Notes: generated by a model from the letters alone, not told the origin. A DNA stretch of 23,645 nt from Verrucomicrobiales bacterium (GCA_031411295.1 JANOAV010000054.1:1-23645); one strand, 5' to 3'. Positions 8,654 to 17,188 are shown, counted from the stretch's first letter. Made by a program: numbers and translations.

Positions 8654-9682
8654 CTATTCGGTGTATTCCCGGACGAGCATGCGGCCGTCTCCGAGGTCAA
8701 TTTCTGGGGCTTTCCAAGCTTGGTCAGCACTTTGGTCGGTGCTTTGGTTCCAGAGTTCTAGGGGTTCGGATGCGGGGACTTCGTCTTCGTCGGCGGAAAT
8801 CCAAGCCCGGATGGCTTGCCAGGATGGGTGGATGGGTTCGAAGGTGTCGATGTAGAATGGCGGTTCTGGCGGCGGGGGGGAGACTGATGAGGGCCCCATA
8901 GTCCAAGGAGGCGGAGGTAGAACTCGATTTCTTAGGGACGGAGGGTGGTTTCGATGCGTTGCATGGTGCCTTGGCAGCACGGGCATTTGAGCGGATCGGT
9001 GCCCCAGACTCGGAGGATGAGATCGCGCCACAAGGGGCGCATGGCGCGGGCCGAAGGAAGTTTGAAGGATGAATTATGAATGATGAAGTTGTTTTCTTGC
9101 GGCTTCGCCCGTTGTCCGCAAGAACGGGGGATGATCTTAGGGGTGGGTTTGGTGAGGCCGCGGGTTTTGTTGGAATAGAGCCCGTAGTAGCGAATCGTTT
9201 GACTTCGTCTAAGCAGAATGCGGCTATGCCGGTTTGCAGTGCCGCTCATCGCGGCATGGCGTTGCTGGCCTGTGGGTGGGATATGCTCGATGGCGGCGGC
9301 TAGGAAGTCGGTGGCTTTGAAGACTTCGAAGTTGCGTTTGGTGTGCCAACTGCGGCGGGAACGGTAAATGACGGTTTTGGTGTCGGGGTTCCAAGTGATT
9401 TTCAAATTCAAAGGTGTGGACGGCGGCGGCGGCAGCGCTGCGTCCGTGGGGGAGGTGGCGGCGTTTGCGGAAGATGCTGCGGAGGATTTTGGGGATGGTG
9501 AAGACGTATTGGCGGTGGGGGACGGGTTGGCAGACGGTGGTGGCGATCCAGGTGCCAGTTTGCAGGGTGCGTCGTTGGTGGCACGCGGGGCAGAAGTGGC
9601 GGGATTTGCAGGTGAAGGGGAGGAGGTGCTGGTGGCCGCAGTCGGGTCAGCGGAACGGGGTGAGGCTGGCGGCGAGGTCGCA
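8654..9682 (-). pseudogene. IS91-family (Y2 HUH, rolling-circle) transposase pseudogene
   Basis: Frame from 9682 reads CDLAASLTPFR*PDCGHQHLLPFTCKSRHFCPACHQRR...VPHRQYVFTIPKILR...AVHTF (IS91 zinc-binding domain, stop at 9649-9647). After a frameshift at ~9411: EHIPP..., RYYGLYSNKTRG, WRDLILRVWGTDPLKCPCCQGTM. Further stop at 8934-8932 and frameshifts near 8870-8895. Confidence 0.88.
9063..9088. repeat. heptamer tandem repeat inside the IS91 pseudogene
   Basis: TGAAGGA TGAATTA TGAATGA TGAAG. Confidence 0.7.
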
Positions 9683-9807
9683 ATAAAGAGCCTGCCACCT
9701 TATTCTGGCCTCTACGCATCCCCATCCTACACCTTTGCGGCCACGGACCGCCTTCACGGTGTGTCCGAGGCTGGTAAAATTAAGTAGAGCGATGATTCTG
9801 TTGCTCC

Positions 9808-12384
9808 ATGTTTTTCCTTGGCCGATCCTTTTTTCTGCTCGCGTTTTTTCTGCTGACCCAATCTGCTGTGCAGAGTGGGCAGTTGCGCGTGTATCCGGAA
9901 AGGCTTGAACTGACAGGGGCGAATCCGCGGCATGGGGTGCTGGTGATGCGGATCAATGTTGATGGCAGTCAAACGGATGTGACCGCTCGGACGGCATTTG
10001 TTTCCAAGGACGAGACGATTTTCAAAGTGGATGCCAAAGGAAATTGCACCGCGGCGCGTGATGGGGAAACGTCGCTCCAGATCACGGCGGATGGACTGGA
10101 AACATCGCTGGCGCTGAAGGTATCGGCTGCGGAGACCCTTTCTATTCCCTCATTCAAACAGGACATCGTTCCCATTTTAACAAAGTCAGGCTGCAACATG
10201 GGCGGCTGTCATGGCAAGCTGGCGGGGCAGAATGGATTCAAGCTTTCCTTGCGCGGTTATGCTCCGGAATGGGATCATGAGTCGCTCACGCAGGAGCTGA
10301 ATGGACGTCGGATCGACTTTGCTTTTCCCGAAAAAAGCCTGCTGCTAGAGAAGCCCACCGGTGAACTAGCCCATGAGGGCGGCGTGCGTTTCAAACGTGA
10401 TTCGCGCATGTGGCAGCGCTTGGTGGATTGGGTCGCAGCGCGTGCGCCCGGGCCGGTCAAGGATGAGCCGAATGCAGCGGAGTTGCTGGTGCTGCCGGCA
10501 GATCGAACGATGAAAGTAGGGGAAACCCAGCAATTGCTAGGGCAGGCAGTTTATCCCGATGGCACGCGGCGGGATGTTACTTGGCTGGCGCAATTTTTCT
10601 CCAATGATGAAACGACCATTTCCGTGAAGCCGAACGGCCTAGCCAAAGCTCTCCGTGCCGGCCAGGGCTCGGTGCGCATTCATTTTCAAGGGTTGGTGCA
10701 GGTGATCAATCTGGCGATTCCTTATGACACGACGGTCGATCCTGCGCTCTTCGCTGCGACCCAGACGGCAGTGGATGCTCCGCTCTTTCAGAAACTACAG
10801 CAACTCCACATCCCACCAGCGGAGGCATGTGATGATGCCACCTACTTGCGGCGGGTGTATCTGGATGTGATCGGGCTGCTGCCTAACGCTGATGAGGGGC
10901 GGGCGTTTCTGGCGGATGGTCGGGCGGACAAGCGGGCGCAGGTGCTGGAGAGTTTGCTAGGCAGATCCGAGTATGTGGATTACTGGACGTTGCAGTTGGC
11001 GGATTTGTTGCAGAACCGCAAGGAGCGGGATCACGATGTGCGCGGAGCCAAGGGCGTGCGTTCATTTCATCAATGGTTGCGTGGGCAGGTGGCGGGGAAT
11101 CGACCTTGGAGCGAGATTGCGCGGGAGGTCTTGCTAGCCAAGGGTGGAGCAGGCGAGCAGCCTGCCGTGGGGTATTTCGTGACCGTGGTGGGTGAGAAAA
11201 ACAAGGTGGAAGAAAGTGAACTACCCGACTCCGTGGCGCAATCATTTCTCGGCACCCGCATTGGTTGCGCACGCTGCCACAATCATCCGTTGGAACGATA
11301 CACGCAGGATGATTTCTATCATTTCGCAGCATGCTTCTCCAAAGTTAGGCTGGAGCGAGTCAGCCCGGAGAAAGGGATTACGGTCCTGACCACCGTTTCC
11401 CAAGAGCAAAAGGAGCAGCAGAAGCGAATCGGTGAAATGGAGGCCAAGTTGCAAGCCGTGCAGGGAGAGGAATTAACAAAAGCCGAGCGCGAGCTGCAGG
11501 AGGCGAAGAAACGGCTCGCAGAGATCATCAAGCGGCCCGCAGGCGTGAATCAACCGCGCACGAATCAGTTCATGGTGGCGCAACCGCTCAATCGCGAAAC
11601 GTTGCCAACGGAGGAAGGCGCGGATCCTCGTGGACCCTTTGTCGAGTGGATGTTGCGGTCGGAAAATTTCAGTGGAGCCATGGCCAATCGGATCTGGAAA
11701 CACTTCATGGGAGCAGGGCTCGTGGAGCCAGTGGATGACTTGCGCGCCAGCAATCCGCCGTCGAACGCCGCGCTGTGGGCGGTGTTGAATCAGGAGTTCA
11801 AGGGGCATGGCTTTGATCTGAAACACCTCATCCGACTCATCGTAAACTCCCGCGCCTATCAACTGGCCAGCACCACGCGACCGGAAAATCAGACGGAGAC
11901 GCGATTCTACTCCCACAACTATGCTCGGCGTTTACCGGCAGAGGTCATGCTGGACGCCATTGCTCAAGCGACGAGCGTGCCGGATGAGTTTCCGGGATAT
12001 CCGGTCGGGCTGCGGGCCCAACAGTTAGCCGACTCTTCCGTGAGTTCTTATTTCCTCAGCCTGTTCGGCCGCAGCGAGCGTGTCACAGCCTGTGCCTGCG
12101 AGCGTCAGGGCGAGGTCACGCTGCCGCAAATGCTGCACATCCGCAATAGCGATGAACTGGAAACGAAGCTCAAGAAGGCGGGTGGGCGGCTCGACTCCCT
12201 GTTGAAAAATCCTGACAATAACGCGGTCATCGAAGATTTGTATCTTTCCACGCTCAGCCGTTTACCCACGGATCCGGAGCGCCAAGCCATCACGGCCGCG
12301 CTTGCGGCAGAGGCGCGCGAGGCCGTTTTCCCAGACCTCTTCTGGGCGATGCTCAACGCCAAGGAATTCGCTTTTAATCACTAA
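9808..12384 (+). CDS. secreted DUF1549/DUF1553 (PSCyt2/PSD1) protein with Ig-like domains
   Basis: Signal peptide; Ig-like DVT...F.S segments; GCNMGGCHGK; YLRRVYLDVIGLLP; FLGTRIGCARCHNHPLERYTQDDFY; ANRIWKHFMGAGLVEPVDD; RRLPAEVMLDAI; C-terminal KEFAFNH. Confidence 0.92.
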   Translation: MFFLGRSFFLLAFFLLTQSAVQSGQLRVYPERLELTGANPRHGVLVMRINVDGSQTDVTARTAFVSKDETIFKVDAKGNCTAARDGETSLQITADGLETSLALKVSAAETLSIPSFKQDIVPILTKSGCNMGGCHGKLAGQNGFKLSLRGYAPEWDHESLTQELNGRRIDFAFPEKSLLLEKPTGELAHEGGVRFKRDSRMWQRLVDWVAARAPGPVKDEPNAAELLVLPADRTMKVGETQQLLGQAVYPDGTRRDVTWLAQFFSNDETTISVKPNGLAKALRAGQGSVRIHFQGLVQVINLAIPYDTTVDPALFAATQTAVDAPLFQKLQQLHIPPAEACDDATYLRRVYLDVIGLLPNADEGRAFLADGRADKRAQVLESLLGRSEYVDYWTLQLADLLQNRKERDHDVRGAKGVRSFHQWLRGQVAGNRPWSEIAREVLLAKGGAGEQPAVGYFVTVVGEKNKVEESELPDSVAQSFLGTRIGCARCHNHPLERYTQDDFYHFAACFSKVRLERVSPEKGITVLTTVSQEQKEQQKRIGEMEAKLQAVQGEELTKAERELQEAKKRLAEIIKRPAGVNQPRTNQFMVAQPLNRETLPTEEGADPRGPFVEWMLRSENFSGAMANRIWKHFMGAGLVEPVDDLRASNPPSNAALWAVLNQEFKGHGFDLKHLIRLIVNSRAYQLASTTRPENQTETRFYSHNYARRLPAEVMLDAIAQATSVPDEFPGYPVGLRAQQLADSSVSSYFLSLFGRSERVTACACERQGEVTLPQMLHIRNSDELETKLKKAGGRLDSLLKNPDNNAVIEDLYLSTLSRLPTDPERQAITAALAAEAREAVFPDLFWAMLNAKEFAFNH

Positions 12385-12392
12385 GAAATACC

Positions 12393-13709
12393 ATGCTCGA
12401 CGTTTCTCCTTTTCAAAATCGCACGCAACTTTGCAACGGCACGTCGCGTCGGAATTTCCTGCGCATCGGAGCCTTGAGCCCGCTGGGACTTTCGTTGCCG
12501 CAACTGCTGGCAGTGGAACAACAGGCTGCCAAGACGCGGGCGAAGTCCGTGGTGCTGGTTTATTTGGGCGGCGGCATTTCACATCACGACAGCTTCGACA
12601 TGAAGCCTGATGCGGTGGAGCAGATTCGGGGGAAATATAAAAGCATCCCCACAAACGTGACGGGGCTGCACATCTGTGAATTGCTGCCGAAGATCGCCCA
12701 GGTCATGAATAAAGTCTGCCTGGTGCGTTCCGGCACGCATGAAAATGATCACCACGAAACGGCCACGAATTGGGTTTTGTCAGGGCGATTCGGTTCCGCC
12801 TTTGGCGACCATCCCGCCATGGGAGCCATCGTGGCGCATGAGACTGGCTTCTCCGGGCTGGTGCCGCCGTATGTGGCGGTGCCGAAAAATCCTGCATTTA
12901 CCTGGGAACTCGGCCGCAGCGTGTGGCTGGGCGGGCGCTGCGAGTCCTTTAAGGCTGGCAATCCTAACGATGCGAATTTCAAAGTGCGTGATCTCGCGCA
13001 GTCCGCCGCCATGACGCCTCAGGTCTTGGAAAGACGACGCACGTTGTTGGCGGCAGTGGATCATTTATCCGCCGCCGTGCACGGCAATGATCAGTTAGAC
13101 ACGTTCGATGAATTTGGCCAAAAGGCCGCCGCCATGGTGCTCTCGCCCCAGGCACAATCGGCCTTCGATATCACCAAGGAATCGGATGCCACCCGGGACG
13201 ACTATGGGCGCACACAATTCGGCCAGAGCTGTCTGCTGGCTCGGCGGTTGGTGGAAGGCGGGGTGCGTTTCGTTACGGTGGAATACCGCGGATGGGATCA
13301 TCATGCGAAAATTTACGAAGGTCTCGATAAGAAATTGCCGGAGTTCGACCAAGGTTTCTCCGCGTTCATTCGGGACCTCGACAGCCGTGGCTTGCTGCAG
13401 GACACGCTCGTAGTGGCCATGGGCGAATTCGGCCGCACTCCGAAACTCAATGACAAAGCCGGGCGCGATCACTGGGGTCGGGCTGGTTCGCTCATCTTTG
13501 CCGGAGCAGGCGTGAAGGGTGGCAACGTCATTGGCTCCACGGACAAAAACGGGGCCTTCGTTACCGACCGTCCGGTGCGCCCCGCCGATGTTGCCTGGAC
13601 CGTCTATGAGGCCTTGGGGATCGATCCCACCAAGGAACTCCGCACTCCCGAAGGTCGGCCCGTGAGTATCCTGGCAGAAGGTTCCACCGTGCAGGAATTG
13701 TATGTTTAA
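12393..13709 (+). CDS. DUF1501 family protein with twin-arginine-like signal
   Basis: SRRNFLRIG; YLGGGISHHDSFDMKP; FGQSCLLARRLVEGGVRFV; WDHH; MGEFGRTP; GRDHW. Confidence 0.93.
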   Translation: MLDVSPFQNRTQLCNGTSRRNFLRIGALSPLGLSLPQLLAVEQQAAKTRAKSVVLVYLGGGISHHDSFDMKPDAVEQIRGKYKSIPTNVTGLHICELLPKIAQVMNKVCLVRSGTHENDHHETATNWVLSGRFGSAFGDHPAMGAIVAHETGFSGLVPPYVAVPKNPAFTWELGRSVWLGGRCESFKAGNPNDANFKVRDLAQSAAMTPQVLERRRTLLAAVDHLSAAVHGNDQLDTFDEFGQKAAAMVLSPQAQSAFDITKESDATRDDYGRTQFGQSCLLARRLVEGGVRFVTVEYRGWDHHAKIYEGLDKKLPEFDQGFSAFIRDLDSRGLLQDTLVVAMGEFGRTPKLNDKAGRDHWGRAGSLIFAGAGVKGGNVIGSTDKNGAFVTDRPVRPADVAWTVYEALGIDPTKELRTPEGRPVSILAEGSTVQELYV

Positions 13710-13804
13710 ACGGCCCATGGATCTGGTGAAAGTAGTTCAGGACCGATGTGTTGAGAGGGCGCACGCTAACACGTTAGTATCCTGCTCGAGATTTCAGGCG
13801 AGCA

Positions 13805-14044
13805 TGTCCCCGTTAGGGGACGCAGATATTAGCCGGGAGTTGAGCTCAGCGATACCCCCGGACCCAGACCCCGATGAATTGCATCCCGGCAGGGATGCCA
13901 CCACGGTGCTTGCTGGTGTCGAATGTTGCTTCTCAGCTTGCTGCGATTCTGGCATCCCTGCCGGGATGCGATTCTTTCGTTCGCCAACCGGGGGTATCGC
14001 TATGCTCAACCCCCGGCTAATATCTGCGTCCCCTACCGGGGACA
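13805..14044. repeat. 240-bp palindromic REPIN/MITE-like element
   Basis: 57-bp outer inverted arms 13805-13861 and 13988-14044 (4 mismatches); perfect 20-bp inner inverted pair 13881-13900 and 13950-13969; each arm holds small hairpins (TCCCC-N4-GGGGA, GCATCCC-N4-GGGATGC). Confidence 0.92.
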
Positions 14045-14097
14045 AAACCGTCGCAACGCCCGGGCCAAAATCAAGACTGGTTCATTGGGGTTATGGA

Positions 14098-14853
14098 CTG
14101 AAGTGCACCACTATTTTCTTAGCCATAACGCTCGTGCTGCTCACCATTACGTCAGCGGAGGACAAGAAGCCTGAGCCCCCAAAGATCACCAGCGTGGAGC
14201 CTGTCACCTTGGTTCCAGGCTTCACTGGGATTTTGAAACTGCGCGGATTCCAATTGAAAACGACGCAACAATTTCAATTCACGGACGCACCGAACATTAA
14301 GGTTGAGGTCAAAGACAAAAAGGATCCCAAGGACATCCCCGGCATGGAAAAGAAGGACATTGGCGACAGCCAGGTGGAGATTCAACTGACGGTCCCGGCG
14401 GATCAACCCGCCACATCCCTAACGTTCACAGTGCAAACCGAAGCTGGGCCTACGCCTCCTGTGAAGATTGATGTGCTTTCGGCATTTACAGATGAGAAGG
14501 AGCCTAACAACGGATTCCGTGAAGCGCAGGCCATCCAGATCGGCCAGCCCGTGCGGGGAAATATCAACCAGGACAAGGATGTGGATGTGTTCCGTTTCAC
14601 CGCCAAAGCAGGCGAGGAATATCATTGCGAGGTCACGGCCGCGCGCGCGCTATCCCTGATGGATGCTGCCCTCGTGCTGTATGATGCCAAAGGCGCGATG
14701 CTGGCCCAAGCGGATGACACCAAGGATTTGCGAGACCCCATCATGGATTTCACGATCCCGCAAGATGGCCAGTATTTCGTAGCCGTGACTGATGCCCACG
14801 ACCACGGTGGCGAATGGCATTCCTACGAACTTCTACTACAAACGAAGCCATGA
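14098..14853 (+). CDS. exported PPC (pre-peptidase C-terminal) domain protein
   Basis: Signal-like KCTTIFLAITLVLLTITSA; EKEPNN; DVDVFRFTAKAGE; DAALVLYDAKG..LAQADD; GQYFVAVTD. Start uncertain: CTG at 14098 or an upstream in-frame ATG (e.g. 14002, 13702). Confidence 0.8.
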   Translation: MKCTTIFLAITLVLLTITSAEDKKPEPPKITSVEPVTLVPGFTGILKLRGFQLKTTQQFQFTDAPNIKVEVKDKKDPKDIPGMEKKDIGDSQVEIQLTVPADQPATSLTFTVQTEAGPTPPVKIDVLSAFTDEKEPNNGFREAQAIQIGQPVRGNINQDKDVDVFRFTAKAGEEYHCEVTAARALSLMDAALVLYDAKGAMLAQADDTKDLRDPIMDFTIPQDGQYFVAVTDAHDHGGEWHSYELLLQTKP

Positions 14854-16265
14854 TGAAATCCGCCCTCACTGTGGAGGACAAGGTCGCGAGTCCCGCGCCT
14901 CGTCCGGACTTACCCAGCGCAGGTCTCGTGACGTCGCCCTTCATGTTGGCAGTGCTCCTGATGCTCTGCTTAATTTCACGCATGCACGCGCAGGAGCCCA
15001 TTTCCTACACCCGACAAGTGTTGCCCATCCTCCGTGCCAACTGCGTCGGCTGTCACAAGCCCGGCAAGAGCAAGGGCGGACTGGATCTGACGACGCACGC
15101 CGCGCTGATGCAAGGCGGGAAAGACGGTGCGGTGGTCAAACCAACTGACGTGAAAGCCAGCTCGCTGGCCGATAGCATTTCCGGCACTGAACCAGAGATG
15201 CCAAAAGAGGGTGAGCCCCTGAGCGAGGCCGAAGTTACATTGATGAAGGCGTGGATTGCCCAAGGGGCGCCACTTGATGTGCCAGATCCCAATATTTCAC
15301 GAACCCCTGCGCAACCGCCGGTTTACAAGACGTTACCGGCCATCGCATCGCTCGCTTGGTCTCCCGATGGAAGCCTGCTGGCCGTGCCAGGACATCATGA
15401 GGTCATCCTTTACAACGCCAATGCTGAGATCTCCGCGCGGCTGTTAGGCGAGTCTTCACGCTTGGAGCAAATAGCCTTCTCCCCTGATGGGAAAAGCCTC
15501 GCAGCCTGTGGGGGCGCGCCTTCAGACTTTGGCGAAATCCAACTTTGGGATGTAGCCACCCATGCCTTGCAGCGTTCGATCAAGGCCTCGAACGATTCCT
15601 TCTACGGCGTCTCCTTCTCGGCGGATCAACAACGCGTGGCGGTCGGATGCGCGGATAAATTGGTCCGCGTATTCACAATTTCCGACGGCAAGGAAATCAT
15701 GAAATGCGACAATCACCTCGACTGGGTCTTCGGCACTGCATTCAGTCAGGACGGCACGCAATTGGCCACGGTCAGCCGGGACAAAGCCGCCAAGCTCATC
15801 AACATTTCCACCGGCCAACTCATCGACGACATCAACAAACCACGCGATGCCCTCATCTGCTTAACCAAGCACCCAACCCGGGACATCGTGGCGACAGGCG
15901 GAACCGAAGGCAAAATCCGCATGTTCAAAATGCTCCCGCGCGGAGGTCGCCTAGCCGAGGGAGATGACAAGGAAGAAAGTTTCATCCGCGAATTCGAGCA
16001 CATGGCCAGCCCCATCCAATGCATCGCCTTCAGCCCCGACGGAGCCATGGTGGCCTGCGGCGGCCTCTCTGGGGAAGTGCGCGTCTTCAAAACCGATGAC
16101 GGCAAACGCATCTCCACCCTCAAAGTAAAATCCGGCCCCACCTATGCTCTCGCCTTCCAGCCCAGCAGCACAATCCTAACCACTGGTGGCCAGGATGGAA
16201 AAATCCGATTTTTTGATAGTATCACCGGTGAGTTGGCGAAGGAGTTTGCTGGGGTGCCGCAGTGA
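14850..16265 (+). CDS. planctomycete-type cytochrome c domain plus WD40 beta-propeller protein
   Basis: ISYTRQVLPILRANCVGCH (CxxCH), MPK..., WIAQGA; then LAWSPDG, IAFSPDG, AFSQDG WD40 repeats. ATG at 14850 overlaps the PPC stop (ATGA). Confidence 0.92.
   Translation: MMKSALTVEDKVASPAPRPDLPSAGLVTSPFMLAVLLMLCLISRMHAQEPISYTRQVLPILRANCVGCHKPGKSKGGLDLTTHAALMQGGKDGAVVKPTDVKASSLADSISGTEPEMPKEGEPLSEAEVTLMKAWIAQGAPLDVPDPNISRTPAQPPVYKTLPAIASLAWSPDGSLLAVPGHHEVILYNANAEISARLLGESSRLEQIAFSPDGKSLAACGGAPSDFGEIQLWDVATHALQRSIKASNDSFYGVSFSADQQRVAVGCADKLVRVFTISDGKEIMKCDNHLDWVFGTAFSQDGTQLATVSRDKAAKLINISTGQLIDDINKPRDALICLTKHPTRDIVATGGTEGKIRMFKMLPRGGRLAEGDDKEESFIREFEHMASPIQCIAFSPDGAMVACGGLSGEVRVFKTDDGKRISTLKVKSGPTYALAFQPSSTILTTGGQDGKIRFFDSITGELAKEFAGVPQ
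14871..14944. repeat. degenerate REP-doublet-like inverted repeat within the 5' coding region
   Basis: GGAGGACAAGGTCGCGAGTCCCGCGC (14873-14898) against GCGCAGGTCTCGTGACGTCGCCCTTC (14917-14942): 19 of 26 positions complementary. Confidence 0.55.
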
Positions 16266-16362
16266 GCAGTGGCTGGACTGGCGAGCGGGTCGTTCTGCTA
16301 ACTCCCGGGAGCCAACGCGCAGCAACGTTCATTCACTGAATAAGTGCATTTCTGTCTTTCTG

Positions 16363-16407
16363 TCTGATAGGAATTTGCTTTTTCGGGGCGGCGTTGGAAT
16401 CGGGGAG
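16363..16407 (-). mobile_element. IS91-type oriIS-like end, solo copy 3
   Basis: Minus strand CTCCCCGATTCC...GAAAAAGCAAATTCCTATCAGA; spacing between the two blocks is 12 bp shorter than in copies 1 and 2. Confidence 0.7.
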
Positions 16408-16540
16408 GGCCGCAGCAGTCTGGCTGAAGCGACAGGGGCCTGCGCAGTGCGCCATCTTCCAAACCATCGGGCGCTGAGAAATGTCGGTTGCCCGTGCCCG
16501 CCAAGGCCTATCGCACGCAGCCAGCCACCAAGGCTATTTC

Positions 16541-16595
16541 ATGCCGCCGGTCTTTTTGACAATTTTGGCAATGCCGCCTGTCTTTATGGGCTTGC
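16541..16595 (+). repeat. 30-bp-period direct repeat with GTCTTT cores related to the Y1-upstream repeat
   Basis: ATGCCGCCGGTCTTT (16541-16555) and ATGCCGCCTGTCTTT (16571-16585). CTGTCTTTATGGGCTTGC (16578-16595) matches CTGTCTTTATGGACTTGC (5300-5317) at 17/18. Confidence 0.8.
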
Positions 16596-16690
16596 GGTGC
16601 GGCGGGACGGTGCCCGCGTCAAATTTGGAGTTGGGAAAATTTCGCTGAAATGTAATCGCAAGCGACTCAGAAAATGTTAAGGCCGTCTGC

Positions 16691-17188
16691 ATAGCCTTCC
16701 TAAACGACCTCCAAAGACTCTCCGATCTCCGCGCCAGCGGAGACCTTACTGATGCGGAATTCACTGCGGCCAAACAGCGATTGCTGGCCAGTGAACAACC
16801 AACGGTGAAACCACGGGATGTGGCCTCTGAGCGCCTCTTGCTGGAGGCGGAGTTGACGCGAGTTGATCGGGAATTCGAGCAGGAGAGGAGGCAGTGTTTG
16901 TCTTACGACCGATATGGGCATGGACAGGAACCCTCCGGGGTTTGGAGGTTCATTTTTCCCTTCGTCGGCCTGGCTGGCTTGGGTGCACTAGGAATGCTAG
17001 GTTCATCCGGTGGGTTCGGCTCACTGGGCATAGGGGTGAGCATCGGTGTGCTGATTCTAATAGGGGTCGCCCTGGGATTTTTCAGCAACGAAGTGAGATT
17101 AAGCCGCTTAAACGCCGCCAAGGAAAGGCGGGATTCGGCCAAGGCCCATGCGATGCGTAGAATGAACGAACTCCGGCGGCACTCATAG
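16691..17188 (+). CDS. SHOCT-domain membrane protein (two TM helices)
   Basis: In frame upstream of TTG 16781: IAFLNDLQRLSDLRASGDLTDAEFTAAKQRLL, a SHOCT-like motif, followed by two hydrophobic segments. The apparent start codon is ATA at 16691. Confidence 0.7.
   Translation: MAFLNDLQRLSDLRASGDLTDAEFTAAKQRLLASEQPTVKPRDVASERLLLEAELTRVDREFEQERRQCLSYDRYGHGQEPSGVWRFIFPFVGLAGLGALGMLGSSGGFGSLGIGVSIGVLILIGVALGFFSNEVRLSRLNAAKERRDSAKAHAMRRMNELRRHS

Noticed and set aside
9368..9787. 139-aa Gly/Ala/Glu-rich ORF on the + strand
   Set aside because: It is the in-register antisense shadow of the IS91 zinc-binding domain on the minus strand.
16280..16335. integron attC site
   Set aside because: CTAAC and GTT-like boxes are present, but there is no convincing paired stem with L boxes and no integron integrase in the window.
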